A stretch of 64,000 nt of DNA from sequence record MK327931.1; one strand, 5' to 3'. The DNA comes from Escherichia phage vB_EcoM_G17. Below, piece after piece: positions 29,754-39,085 of this stretch (the stretch's first letter is position 1; the number at the start of each line of letters is the position of its first letter). The position numbers were made by a program, and so were the translations under genes. Under the pieces are notes generated by a model. The model searched no databases, had not been told where the DNA came from, and saw only the letters and a list, made by a program, of their open reading frames with translations.

Positions 29754-30265
29754 AAACCTATTTCCTCTAAATCTTTGACAAATGTATCATAATCCGATAA
29801 TGACAAAAATATGTCTGTACTGATGTTTTGACGTAATGTATTAAACAAATTATGTACCTGTAATAAATCAGGTGCATAAATCAGGGATTGCTGGAAATAC
29901 GATTCTTCTGTATCTAATATATCCCTGCACTCAATTTCACGAACTCGTTGGTATATTGAATTTAATAATACATTTTCATCTTTGAGCATTGGAAGGTATC
30001 GGATGTACATGTGCTCCATCAACTCATCCTGGATTGAACCCCTGAACTGCAACACGTATTCAAAACACATCACTACATCTTGTAGGTAATTGGCACTGTA
30101 ATTATTGCTGTAAACAATCTTATGACTTCTGAACTCATCATCATTTCTGAACCAATTGTCACCTACTTTGGTGTACTTATGACTAAGCTTCCCATCCTCC
30201 AACGCTCGAATGAACTTCATAATGTTAATTGCAAAATCATATGAATGATGCTTGTGTTGATGCAT
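29750..30265 (-). CDS. hypothetical protein, FamA paralog
   Basis: FamA core EESYFQQSLIY. Confidence 0.65.
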   Translation of the reverse strand: MHQHKHHSYDFAINIMKFIRALEDGKLSHKYTKVGDNWFRNDDEFRSHKIVYSNNYSANYLQDVVMCFEYVLQFRGSIQDELMEHMYIRYLPMLKDENVLLNSIYQRVREIECRDILDTEESYFQQSLIYAPDLLQVHNLFNTLRQNISTDIFLSLSDYDTFVKDLEEIGL

Positions 30266-30273
30266 TTTTTACC

Positions 30274-30468
30274 TCAATTCTGTCCGAAAAAATAACCAAA
30301 ATGTTTAAAGCAAGAAAGCATTACTATGTTCATCACTCTATCATCAAATTCATCTTGTGTTTCTGCACATAATGTTTCACAGATATTCAAATGTAATAAT
30401 TCAAGCTGGAAACTGTCGGTGAACCAATCAAACTTACGGTATTTTTGTTTAACATCAACTGTAAGCAT
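30274..30468 (-). CDS. hypothetical small protein
   Basis: ORF track; 64 aa. Confidence 0.45.
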   Translation of the reverse strand: MLTVDVKQKYRKFDWFTDSFQLELLHLNICETLCAETQDEFDDRVMNIVMLSCFKHFGYFFGQN

Positions 30469-30469
30469 A

Positions 30470-31093
30470 CTATATATCCAACCCTTTTACAACATCTACG
30501 AAATGTTCAAACACTTCTTTTGAAAAATAACCACCTTCACAAAAAAGCATACTAAACGGTGGCAGCATGTCCGATAACTCTTTAGCTAAATTGATTTCTG
30601 CTCTTAACTCTTGAACATCAATGATATCATGTACTAAAGATAATTGAAACATGAATGCATCTACATCTTCATTCATTTCTGAATTGTAATATAACTCTTC
30701 AGGGAATTTGTCGGTTTCGTAATAATAAAAAACTTTATTGTTGAACACACCACTAATAGGAACATCATTTTCATCTTTCTTTGAAATGTTTGTTTCCCAT
30801 GACTCTATATTATTAGGAACAAAAAAATCATAGGCTGATTTTGAACCCTGTACTGAATCCAACTTTATTCCATAATATTCCGTATCCATGTATTTCTGCT
30901 GTAATGTAATACCACGTGTACTGACATTCACTTGGAATATATCATCTTTATCTGGAACACTAAATGGAATACATAACACTGAATTCTCAGGGTATTTGGC
31001 AATGAATGCATCCAGCACTTTATTAAGCACCGGAATGGCAATTTTACTGTACTGCATCAAATCATACATTTTAATTCTGGTCATATCATTCAC
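30470..31093 (-). CDS. hypothetical protein, FamA paralog
   Basis: FamA core DAFMFQLSLVH. Confidence 0.65.
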   Translation of the reverse strand: MNDMTRIKMYDLMQYSKIAIPVLNKVLDAFIAKYPENSVLCIPFSVPDKDDIFQVNVSTRGITLQQKYMDTEYYGIKLDSVQGSKSAYDFFVPNNIESWETNISKKDENDVPISGVFNNKVFYYYETDKFPEELYYNSEMNEDVDAFMFQLSLVHDIIDVQELRAEINLAKELSDMLPPFSMLFCEGGYFSKEVFEHFVDVVKGLDI

Positions 31094-31625
31094 CTGTGTA
31101 TGTTTTCACCCTTAGCGATTCAAAATCCCATACATCACTGATTGTACCATTGTGCCTGTAATCATAATATTCTACTAATACATTATACAATAACTTCAAC
31201 GATACAAATTCATGATTCCACGGAGCTTTATTGTCATGAACACATTTGGTGATATAAGGTATAATATATAAACTAAACAACACTAATGGTGAATGTATAC
31301 ATTGCATTTGAAAATATTCTTCTTCTTGCATACAATGTTCAGGAATAATTAGATCATAATGTGTCTCAAATAAATGTAAACCTATTGTGGTTTTTTTCGT
31401 ATCACATGCGTACCATATTGTACTATCCGAAATAAATGGAATGATACCATTATTGTTTGCAATGTACATCATATGGTAAGAGCGATTTGTCTTGTTAAAT
31501 ATCTCGATACTTTCGATATTACTACAAATCATGTATTCAAGGCAATCAATGATCTTATCTTTAAATGTACCAATTTCATTGAATGACATTGCTTTCTGTA
31601 CTTTTGATACTGTTGTACTGCTCAT
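31086..31625 (-). CDS. hypothetical protein, FamA paralog
   Basis: FamA core EEEYFQMQCIH. Confidence 0.65.
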   Translation of the reverse strand: MSSTTVSKVQKAMSFNEIGTFKDKIIDCLEYMICSNIESIEIFNKTNRSYHMMYIANNNGIIPFISDSTIWYACDTKKTTIGLHLFETHYDLIIPEHCMQEEEYFQMQCIHSPLVLFSLYIIPYITKCVHDNKAPWNHEFVSLKLLYNVLVEYYDYRHNGTISDVWDFESLRVKTYTGE

Positions 31626-32164
31626 ATGTTCTCCTTAAAAAAATCCAAATACTCTTCATTGAAAGCATATGTATCATCTTTTATGTTATGCACCACATAA
31701 TCATAAAGAGCTATGAATGCAGGGATTATGATCTTACATGATTTATTATTGTATTTGTACTGCTCCAAATCAACGGTGTTCAATTTAGCAATAAGCATAG
31801 CAGCAAAGATATCTTCATGGCGGTGTACTGTGCTGTACTGAAAATACTCATCCTCTCCAATATCGGGATGATATAACGGTATAACCAAATTATTACGAAT
31901 TGACATTTTATATTTTTGTAATGCAGCTAAATGCATGAACCACAATCTATCTTCATGGAAAGATGGAAAAATAATTTTGTCTGTGCTAATAAAAATTTCT
32001 TCATTTCGATTATTTGTCACAAGAGGTGCATACATTTTAATTTTTGCAGATTTAATAATTAAATTAAAAATATAATGAATCTTATGAACTGCACTTGATG
32101 CATCTTCGTATGTACTTGGGATTATGAAACTCACTATATGTTCTCCTTTAAAATGAATACACAT
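31622..32164 (-). CDS. hypothetical protein, FamA paralog
   Basis: FamA core EDEYFQYSTVH; true start possibly GTG a few codons in. Confidence 0.6.
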   Translation of the reverse strand: MCIHFKGEHIVSFIIPSTYEDASSAVHKIHYIFNLIIKSAKIKMYAPLVTNNRNEEIFISTDKIIFPSFHEDRLWFMHLAALQKYKMSIRNNLVIPLYHPDIGEDEYFQYSTVHRHEDIFAAMLIAKLNTVDLEQYKYNNKSCKIIIPAFIALYDYVVHNIKDDTYAFNEEYLDFFKENI

Positions 32165-32191
32165 GATAACAGCTTTGGTCTTCTATGTCAA
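32163..32191 (-). promoter_or_regulatory. internal sigma70-like promoter
   Basis: -35 TTGACA 32186-32191, 17-bp spacer, -10 TATCAT 32163-32168. Confidence 0.4.
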
Positions 32192-32200
32192 TACCAAAAC

Positions 32201-32239
32201 GAAAAAAGCCCATATCTTACGATACAGGCGTTATGGGCA
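32201..32239 (-). terminator. intra-array rho-independent terminator
   Basis: Stem GCCCATA/TATGGGC about 32208-32238 with U-run on minus strand; overlaps stop of 32217..32723. Confidence 0.5.
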
Positions 32240-32723
32240 TGTTGATTTGAATTTCATTGTACAAATCATCAATATATAGACATGAAAAAAACACACTATC
32301 TTGTACTATATTGTTGTGATAAAGCATTTTAAATACTACATAAAAAAATAAATCAATATCATCGTGGACTAAATTCTGCTGGAACCACCACTCGTCTGTT
32401 AAATCTTGTGCATTAAAATCATCAGGAACTTCAATGAACGACATATCACAATCTTCTTTGTACTCAAACCACATGTCGTCATTCGGATAACGTTCATGCT
32501 TCTCTGGGTAACAATTGCTGGGATTAAATGTTAAAATATTAAACCCCGTAGAGCAACGTTCTTTATTTAAAAATGTATTATTCCATACCTGATATTTTTC
32601 ACCAACATCAAGCTCTTCTGTTACTGATTTTATTGCACATAATGTACTGTATATTGTTTCTATCTTGTGAACATATTTAAATGCAGCATCTAAGCTGAAC
32701 TCTAAATCATACATGTACTGCAT
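32217..32723 (-). CDS. hypothetical protein, FamA paralog
   Basis: FamA core DEWWFQQNLVH. Confidence 0.65.
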   Translation of the reverse strand: MQYMYDLEFSLDAAFKYVHKIETIYSTLCAIKSVTEELDVGEKYQVWNNTFLNKERCSTGFNILTFNPSNCYPEKHERYPNDDMWFEYKEDCDMSFIEVPDDFNAQDLTDEWWFQQNLVHDDIDLFFYVVFKMLYHNNIVQDSVFFSCLYIDDLYNEIQINMPITPVS

Positions 32724-33043
32724 AAAATTACCTCAACTAAAGCAAGAACTGTATTAAATTCAACTATACTTGTAATTCCTTGAAGGTACATGTACTTTGC
32801 TACTACATATTTCTGTACTAAATTATAATTATTAAATTCCTCAAAATTGTAATTTAGAACAAAATCTGTACTCAAAAATATCTTATGCATCTCTAATGCA
32901 CTTTGATAATACGCGTACAACTCACGGATATCAATACTGGTTAAATTATATTGTTCATATCTATGATACGGGATGGCTTCAATTTCAATACTATAAAACC
33001 ATTCTCTTAACTTATTAATATCAAATGTATTATTCAGCTTCAT
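32702..33043 (-). CDS. hypothetical protein
   Basis: ORF track; no family core. Confidence 0.5.
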   Translation of the reverse strand: MKLNNTFDINKLREWFYSIEIEAIPYHRYEQYNLTSIDIRELYAYYQSALEMHKIFLSTDFVLNYNFEEFNNYNLVQKYVVAKYMYLQGITSIVEFNTVLALVEVILCSTCMI

Positions 33044-33596
33044 AACTCAATACCTCCATTAAACACTCATACACACCATCAATCGCATAAGCACAAAAAT
33101 TGAAATTAATTTTGTGATTCTTGTGTAATGGACTATTGTGTACTGTACTCATTATGACATTATAAAATAACAAACGCACTGGTACAAGCATTGAACCTTG
33201 GAAAAATTCTTCCTCTGATTTATATGTATTGTACTCTATTGTTTTGTTCGTTTCTTTATCATATGTTACCATTACTAATGGGGAATTTTTATTATACCAT
33301 GCGTACTCTAAATCATTCTTTCCAATAACAGCACCAGGTGCGAAATCCAAAAGACCAATAACACTACGGGCATTTGGTATATCTGGTGTATTGAATCGTT
33401 TATCAAAATGACTCGTGCACGCAATATATGTATTGTACTTCGATGGAATAATACCAATACATTTGTGGAAATGACGCTTGTGATATTTCTGGGCATTATA
33501 TAAGGATGCAACAATACAAGCTAACTTTTGTCCCATAAGGATTGCATTAGCGTAGGTGTACTGAATTTCATTGCTGGTACGGTACTTCGAGGTCAT
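33030..33596 (-). CDS. hypothetical protein, FamA paralog
   Basis: FamA core EEEFFQGSMLV. Confidence 0.65.
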   Translation of the reverse strand: MTSKYRTSNEIQYTYANAILMGQKLACIVASLYNAQKYHKRHFHKCIGIIPSKYNTYIACTSHFDKRFNTPDIPNARSVIGLLDFAPGAVIGKNDLEYAWYNKNSPLVMVTYDKETNKTIEYNTYKSEEEFFQGSMLVPVRLLFYNVIMSTVHNSPLHKNHKINFNFCAYAIDGVYECLMEVLSYEAE

Positions 33597-33879
33597 AATA
33601 TTTCCTTTGCCATATCATGGGCTTAAAATCAATAACAGCTTTCTGTATCTTTTTTAATAATAAGACATCATAACCACCCGTGTCAATCACTAATTGCTGT
33701 TGGAACAATTCTTCATCGGATAATGTATTGAAATCTACAAAATAATCTGTAACTATCGAATCATTTAAATGTGCCATGTACCAACCTGAACTTCTTGAAT
33801 AAATCAAATTCCACCCATCGTCATCATCTTCTAATTCAACATAAATCATATCTGGGGTATACATCATTTTATACTTCAT
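33568..33879 (-). CDS. hypothetical protein, FamA paralog
   Basis: FamA core DEELFQQQLVI. Confidence 0.6.
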   Translation of the reverse strand: MKYKMMYTPDMIYVELEDDDDGWNLIYSRSSGWYMAHLNDSIVTDYFVDFNTLSDEELFQQQLVIDTGGYDVLLLKKIQKAVIDFKPMIWQRKYYDLEVPYQQ

Positions 33880-34417
33880 AACTATATCCTTGCATTAATA
33901 AATCATAAACTACATGGACTAAATTTAATTGAATATAAAATTTTAAACCTTTAATTAATGAATTCAAATGCATTGTACTGAATAACATTAGATACATCAT
34001 CTCATGCGGTTTTGTGATTAATGATTTTTGAAATACGCCAGCTTCATCATAAGGGTCTATGAACTGAAATTTGTCTTCATCATAATTTGTATTGGAATGC
34101 TGATATATAAAATAATCATCATTGGTATTGTACCACAAATATCCTTCGAATCCTGTACTAACATCTTTGGTCAATGGGGATGCTGATACTGGATTTGAAC
34201 TGATTAATGCACCTACATCAACAATCCCCGTTGTATCATATTCGATTTCAACATCAATATCAATGTATTTCCTTGCGATATCTGCGTTTATGGACAAATA
34301 TAAACTACCACCTGTCCTCTGACTCAGGATTCCATCTATATGCGATATAGGATGGTTGTTATTGAGGATAAGCATTATTGTACTTATCTTGTGTGCTAAT
34401 AACTCTATCTCATTCAT
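33869..34417 (-). CDS. hypothetical protein, FamA paralog
   Basis: FamA core EAGVFQKSLIT. Confidence 0.6.
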   Translation of the reverse strand: MNEIELLAHKISTIMLILNNNHPISHIDGILSQRTGGSLYLSINADIARKYIDIDVEIEYDTTGIVDVGALISSNPVSASPLTKDVSTGFEGYLWYNTNDDYFIYQHSNTNYDEDKFQFIDPYDEAGVFQKSLITKPHEMMYLMLFSTMHLNSLIKGLKFYIQLNLVHVVYDLLMQGYSYEV

Positions 34418-34617
34418 AATTTACCTATCGATGGATACCTAGGATTTGTAGGATGTAAAATCCTGTCCTGTACTGAAAGGTGCTCAAATGTAATTAAACT
34501 CAAATAATAATCGTAATTATCAATACCACCCTTCAAATGTATATTGTAATACATCTTAATACTATCTAATAATGAATCCTGTAATGCATTTAATGTTATC
34601 GTATTAATCTTTTGCAT
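34414..34617 (-). CDS. hypothetical small protein
   Basis: ORF track; ATGA coupling. Confidence 0.5.
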   Translation of the reverse strand: MQKINTITLNALQDSLLDSIKMYYNIHLKGGIDNYDYYLSLITFEHLSVQDRILHPTNPRYPSIGKL

Positions 34618-34765
34618 TAATGTTCTTCTCTTAAAAATCGTTTGATAGCATAATCTAAATAAAATTCATAACACATGCTATCTCTGTTCTTTATCCATAT
34701 TTTGTAATCGGATTTTATATTACGCAACAAATAATTTGTATTAATTGTGTAATAATCTAATCGCC

Positions 34766-35158
34766 CTAATCTTTCCATTTAATAGGATACTCCTTTCCTT
34801 GTACTATATATGACAAAATCCATCCGTAATGAATAGGATGATTTTTGTCTGAATCAGGAATAAAATATAAAGCTGTACTTGGATTATGACTGAATAAATC
34901 TTTATTGTCAAATGTAAAATGTGATAATATAATTTTCCTTGCACTTGGACGAATAACATTCTTAACACTGAACTCTGAACCTTTGTATTTCTCCGATAAT
35001 TCAAATAATGCATCTGTAATTAAATCACTGATCTCTTGGATTACAAAATTCTGATAAAATGCATTAATCTCTTTTAACTCTGTATACAATTCACTTCTGG
35101 TATTCAAAAGAAATATTACTTTTTTAAGATCCTGAACTATTTCTGGATTCATATTCAT
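34766..35158 (-). CDS. hypothetical protein
   Basis: ORF track. Confidence 0.55.
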   Translation of the reverse strand: MNMNPEIVQDLKKVIFLLNTRSELYTELKEINAFYQNFVIQEISDLITDALFELSEKYKGSEFSVKNVIRPSARKIILSHFTFDNKDLFSHNPSTALYFIPDSDKNHPIHYGWILSYIVQGKEYPIKWKD

Positions 35159-35390
35159 TTATCTCATTCTGTAACTTAAGCATCAAAATTTGCATATTAA
35201 TTTTTTGTAAAAGGTGCTTGATAAATTTCTGTGCCATTTCTTCTTGTTCTTTTGTACCAAGATAAAATAACAGATTAAATTCTGATAATCGCAAAGAAAA
35301 ATCTTCATCACCACCCTTTAAACAAAAATCCCTGTACTTTGTAGCGTACAAATATTGGTTTACCTTTTTATAATACCCTGTGTTTTGCAT
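35124..35390 (-). CDS. hypothetical small protein, FamB paralog
   Basis: FamB core YLGTKEQEEM. Confidence 0.6.
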   Translation of the reverse strand: MQNTGYYKKVNQYLYATKYRDFCLKGGDEDFSLRLSEFNLLFYLGTKEQEEMAQKFIKHLLQKINMQILMLKLQNEINEYESRNSSGS

Positions 35391-35578
35391 ACTATCTCCG
35401 TTCGCAACGAATTTATATAATAATGAACAAATTGTTCTTGTGAACGTGTTCCAAGAAAAATAAACATATCAAACTCTGTTGTTTTTAAATTCAATGCATC
35501 TTTTGTAAAATTCCTGTTGAATTCCCTGTACTTTTGGGTCTTCCATTCTTGATTAATTGTCTTGTATATCGATTTCAA
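35360..35578 (-). CDS. hypothetical small protein, FamB paralog
   Basis: FamB core FLGTRSQEQF. Confidence 0.6.
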   Translation of the reverse strand: MKSIYKTINQEWKTQKYREFNRNFTKDALNLKTTEFDMFIFLGTRSQEQFVHYYINSLRTEIVCKTQGIIKR

Positions 35579-35879
35579 TGATTCTCCCTGATGTACCTTG
35601 TATTAGCTTATCATACATATCGAGCATCACTTTTTGAATACTAATTAGTACTGGCATCGTGCAAATATCAATGTCGTATACTAAGCTGTACTGGAATAAT
35701 TCATCTTCCTGCATTTGTACTAAATTAGGTAAAGGATAATTGTCTGCCTCTTCATCCTGGTACTTGAAATGCATAACACCATCCTTTTTGTACAAAAGAA
35801 TGTCAATATCACCTAACTCATCAGCATAACCAAAAATACATATACTCGATGTTTTTGCTATATTAAATTTCATCTCCAC
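35553..35879 (-). CDS. hypothetical protein, FamA paralog
   Basis: FamA core EDELFQYSLVY. Confidence 0.65.
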   Translation of the reverse strand: MEMKFNIAKTSSICIFGYADELGDIDILLYKKDGVMHFKYQDEEADNYPLPNLVQMQEDELFQYSLVYDIDICTMPVLISIQKVMLDMYDKLIQGTSGRIIEIDIQDN

Positions 35880-36115
35880 CTCTCTCCGTCAGCACAAGAG
35901 TACTGGTACGTTGTCGTTAGGGTAGGGACCATGTTTGTAATGGGCATATTATTAACAATAACGGTAACAGGCATAAGAATCGTCTCTACTCTACTCTGTC
36001 CTGTCCTTGTACAATTCATCTTCTGCATTTCATCTGAATCCATGAAATACAATACAAATGGTGCAATCCCAAGAACAATACACAAGACGATAAGGAAATT
36101 TAAAAAATTTAACAT
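35870..36115 (-). CDS. hypothetical small membrane protein
   Basis: ORF track; hydrophobic N-terminal segment LNFLIVLCIVLGIAPFVLYF. Confidence 0.5.
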   Translation of the reverse strand: MLNFLNFLIVLCIVLGIAPFVLYFMDSDEMQKMNCTRTGQSRVETILMPVTVIVNNMPITNMVPTLTTTYQYSCADGERWR

Positions 36116-36144
36116 AATTTTTACCCTATGATTAACGTTAGTGT

Positions 36145-36173
36145 ACTATATCAGTAATGAAAAGTACTGTCAA
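36145..36173 (-). promoter_or_regulatory. internal sigma70-like promoter
   Basis: -35 TTGACA 36168-36173, 17-bp spacer, -10 TATAGT 36145-36150. Confidence 0.4.
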
Positions 36174-36174
36174 G

Positions 36175-36579
36175 CTAGTATTGCACTGTTCTAATGAAAG
36201 TACCTTTACTCATGGATTTAAGCTTATGAACCTCTTCCTGCATACCCTTAATTAACCCTAAAGGTATAGGTAAATCATGTACTAAGCTGTACTGAAAGTA
36301 TTCTTCTTCAGATAAAGTACTAACATCTGGAACGCCAATTTTAGTTATATAATCTTGATGTGTTGACCAATAAATTATATCTTCAGTACTATTGTACTCC
36401 CCATATACTGAACAATATTGATGAATATCTTTCCTGTACCCTTGAGCAATAAAGAACTTATCTAATGCATTACCAGCATTAATAGAATTTACTTCGATTG
36501 TCACAGTACTTGAGCTTGTATAACTCTTAATATTATCAGTACTCTTAATACTCAACGATGTGTTCTTCATAATCACCAT
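36175..36579 (-). CDS. hypothetical protein, FamA paralog
   Basis: FamA core EEEYFQYSLVH. Confidence 0.65.
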   Translation of the reverse strand: MVIMKNTSLSIKSTDNIKSYTSSSTVTIEVNSINAGNALDKFFIAQGYRKDIHQYCSVYGEYNSTEDIIYWSTHQDYITKIGVPDVSTLSEEEYFQYSLVHDLPIPLGLIKGMQEEVHKLKSMSKGTFIRTVQY

Positions 36580-36889
36580 TAGGCTCCTGTTTAGATTCTT
36601 TCATTAGTACTATCATCTTATGTACTAATGGCATAGGGAACTCTAAATCCCATACTAATGATTCCTGGAAGTATTCCTCTGGTGATAAAGTACTTAAATC
36701 TTTAATATCAACGTGCTTGTATATTTTATTTTCGTAATTAACAAATGATATATATAAATCACTAACATAAGAATCATAGGTAATTGTGAATGGCTTACCC
36801 TTGTAATCCATTACATCTCTACATAGACTACTTTTGATATATGTATGTTCAAATGATTTATATACCTTGAGTTGTATATTAGTTTTCAT
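36545..36889 (-). CDS. hypothetical protein, FamA paralog
   Basis: FamA core PEEYFQESLVW. Confidence 0.65.
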   Translation of the reverse strand: MKTNIQLKVYKSFEHTYIKSSLCRDVMDYKGKPFTITYDSYVSDLYISFVNYENKIYKHVDIKDLSTLSPEEYFQESLVWDLEFPMPLVHKMIVLMKESKQEPNGDYEEHIVEY

Positions 36890-37154
36890 ATTTCTCTTTA
36901 TTAGCTTGTTTGGTTTTATAGTGAATTAAATCTATTAATGTAATCAAGTACAACGTCAAATAGTACTCTTGTTGATCTGTACCTAATGATACAAAGAACT
37001 TGTGCTCATAGATTAAAACCTGTTTCTCTTCAAATGGACATTTAATCCTCTGTATAGGCTTAAGTAAATGATAGTACTTATTAAATCTATGATACATTTC
37101 TAGTTCTGTCAGTACTTTCATATTAAACACATACTCCATTAGCTGTAGCATCAC
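36879..37154 (-). CDS. hypothetical small protein, FamB paralog
   Basis: FamB core SLGTDQQEYY. Confidence 0.6.
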   Translation of the reverse strand: MMLQLMEYVFNMKVLTELEMYHRFNKYYHLLKPIQRIKCPFEEKQVLIYEHKFFVSLGTDQQEYYLTLYLITLIDLIHYKTKQANKEKYEN

Positions 37155-37344
37155 GTAAAGCTGTCAAATACTTCTGTACGGCTTGCTCTTGCTTATTTGT
37201 ACCTAAAAGTATATACATCCATAATTCACTGTAATGTACATCTTGTGTATAAGGGTCATTGTAACTTTTTGATAATATAGCATCAAATTCAGATGCATGA
37301 ACCCTTGTGAACTTAAGAATATCTTGTTGTGTTATGATTCTCAT
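37123..37344 (-). CDS. hypothetical small protein, FamB paralog
   Basis: FamB core LLGTNKQEQA. Confidence 0.65.
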   Translation of the reverse strand: MRIITQQDILKFTRVHASEFDAILSKSYNDPYTQDVHYSELWMYILLGTNKQEQAVQKYLTALRDATANGVCV

Positions 37345-37556
37345 ATCTTTTCCTGTACAATCTGTATAAGAATACCTATGTGTGAATTAACAGTTCTCTC
37401 TTGATGCTGTGTTCCTAAGAGTGTCAGTACTATCATATCTGAACGCAAAAGATTTTTTTCAAGTTCACTTATATCAGTTCTTGAATCAAGTGCCATATAT
37501 TTGTGATTATTCTTCCTGAATAGTGCCAAGTACTCTTGGTTTGATATTATCTTCAT
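37341..37556 (-). CDS. hypothetical small protein, FamB paralog
   Basis: FamB core LLGTQHQERT. Confidence 0.65.
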   Translation of the reverse strand: MKIISNQEYLALFRKNNHKYMALDSRTDISELEKNLLRSDMIVLTLLGTQHQERTVNSHIGILIQIVQEKI

Positions 37557-37768
37557 AGTTTACTTTTAATTTCCATTAAAAGTGCTCTAATATGCTCATT
37601 GACAAATCGCTCTTGGGAATCTGTGTCTAGGGTGAGAAGCATTCTTAAATCGGAACCTCTGATGGTATATTCTAAATCATTCTTTGATTCTCGCATAAGT
37701 TTCTGAAAGGATGAGAAGTGTAATCCCATGAGTTCAATGTATTCTGCTGTTCCTAGTGGTTTTGGCAT
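37553..37768 (-). CDS. hypothetical small protein, FamB paralog
   Basis: FamB core TLDTDSQERF. Confidence 0.65.
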   Translation of the reverse strand: MPKPLGTAEYIELMGLHFSSFQKLMRESKNDLEYTIRGSDLRMLLTLDTDSQERFVNEHIRALLMEIKSKL

Positions 37769-37986
37769 TTTAGTTCAATAGCTCGTTTAAGTGTATTAAT
37801 ATAATCTTTAATGTCGTGTTCTTGATAGTTCGTTCCAAGGGTAGCTAGAACATAGACTTCATTTCTCTTAATAATTTTATCCATATCTGGTATATCTGAT
37901 GTGTTAATGACGAAGAGCTTCAAAAACAGTCCATTTATGATTGTTAGGTATTCTACATCGGTAATGATTTTCATTTGCATTTGCAT
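37753..37986 (-). CDS. hypothetical small protein, FamB paralog
   Basis: FamB core TLGTNYQEHD. Confidence 0.65.
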   Translation of the reverse strand: MQMQMKIITDVEYLTIINGLFLKLFVINTSDIPDMDKIIKRNEVYVLATLGTNYQEHDIKDYINTLKRAIELKCQNH

Positions 37987-38192
37987 TTTCTCAGTACTGA
38001 TTCTTTAAGTTCATTGATGTAGCACTCTACATATTCTTCTTGTAGGTTTGTTCCGATATGTAACAGTACTCTTAAATCTGCTCTCAGTACTTCTTTGTCA
38101 TCTTCATCTATATCAGACAGTGTTATGTTTAAGAATTTACTTGAACTCTCTATAAGTAATATTACTGAATCACCTTTGCTTAAAATTTTCAT
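37971..38192 (-). CDS. hypothetical small protein, FamB paralog
   Basis: FamB core HIGTNLQEEY. Confidence 0.65.
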   Translation of the reverse strand: MKILSKGDSVILLIESSSKFLNITLSDIDEDDKEVLRADLRVLLHIGTNLQEEYVECYINELKESVLRKCKCK

Positions 38193-38400
38193 AATCTCTT
38201 TTTGCTTTCCTCGCCAAAAGGTACATATACGATTCTTCGTATTGTGCTTGGTAGTTTGTGTTTAAGAGTCGAAACAACTTCTGTTCTGCTAGAACTAGTT
38301 GCTTATCTTCATAACAACGGTAGCGTATCAACTTTTTGTATTCGATGTTGATTACATCCATTACTATAAGCCCATGTTCATCATCTGTCAAGTGTTTCAT
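38170..38400 (-). CDS. hypothetical small protein, FamB paralog
   Basis: FamB core LLNTNYQAQY. Confidence 0.65.
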   Translation of the reverse strand: MKHLTDDEHGLIVMDVINIEYKKLIRYRCYEDKQLVLAEQKLFRLLNTNYQAQYEESYMYLLARKAKRDYENFKQR

Positions 38401-38639
38401 GCATTTTTTCTTTTTCTTATATGTTTAGTTAAAAGGTATATTAGTTTTCTGATGTATTCTTCTTGATAGTTTGTTCCTAAGAGTGCAAGAAGTTTTGCTT
38501 CAACTAAAGCTAGTTGTCGTTCTTCGAATGTGTGTTCCAGTATGTACTTGGGGTTTGATTTTTTAGCGTAAGCACTATTAGTCTTCATTACAATCTTATG
38601 ATATTCATTAGCTGTTAGGATTTTTAAATACTTGATCAT
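38397..38639 (-). CDS. hypothetical small protein, FamB paralog
   Basis: FamB core LLGTNYQEEY. Confidence 0.65.
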   Translation of the reverse strand: MIKYLKILTANEYHKIVMKTNSAYAKKSNPKYILEHTFEERQLALVEAKLLALLGTNYQEEYIRKLIYLLTKHIRKRKNA

Positions 38640-38859
38640 GTATCTTTTCCTTTATAGAGAATTTAAGATATCGAAGCATACTTTCAATGTAATACTCTTG
38701 TCTGTCAGTGCCAAGAAAGTACATGAGTTGAATGTATAAAACTTCTGCACTCCTTTCCGCTGGAGACTTGTTTGTGTCGTTTGGAAGTTGATTTGTATGT
38801 TTTCTTGATTTAATTAGTCGTTCTTTTAACTCATCGTCTGTTAAGTATTTCATTTTCAT
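38608..38859 (-). CDS. hypothetical small protein, FamB paralog
   Basis: FamB core FLGTDRQEYY. Confidence 0.65.
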   Translation of the reverse strand: MKMKYLTDDELKERLIKSRKHTNQLPNDTNKSPAERSAEVLYIQLMYFLGTDRQEYYIESMLRYLKFSIKEKIHDQVFKNPNS

Positions 38860-39085
38860 TTACTTTTTCCTTAATAGTGATTTTAAGATATCTAATCATA
38901 CGTGCAACATATTCCTCTTGTCTATCAGTTCCCAGAAGATATGGTAGTGATTGGAATAATACTTCTGCACTCCTTTCTGCTGGGGTTTGGTTTAGGTCAA
39001 TTGGACGTTTATTGGTATATCTCTTGGCACGAACTAATCTCTCGACGTATTCATTATAGGTTAAGTATATCATTTCATTTTGCAT
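38831..39085 (-). CDS. hypothetical small protein, FamB paralog
   Basis: FamB core LLGTDRQEEY. Confidence 0.65.
   Translation of the reverse strand: MQNEMIYLTYNEYVERLVRAKRYTNKRPIDLNQTPAERSAEVLFQSLPYLLGTDRQEEYVARMIRYLKITIKEKVNENEILNRR

Noticed and set aside
3182-34804. Same-strand nested ORFs in alternative frames (for example 3182..3376, 5944..6135, 6977..7192, 11800..11988, 14603..14791, 17303..17584, 18612..18818, 24642..24833, 25076..25321, 25435..25650, 33308..33514, 34804..35013)
   Set aside because: Each is fully contained in a longer ORF that carries the family motif or good start context, so they are frame artefacts.
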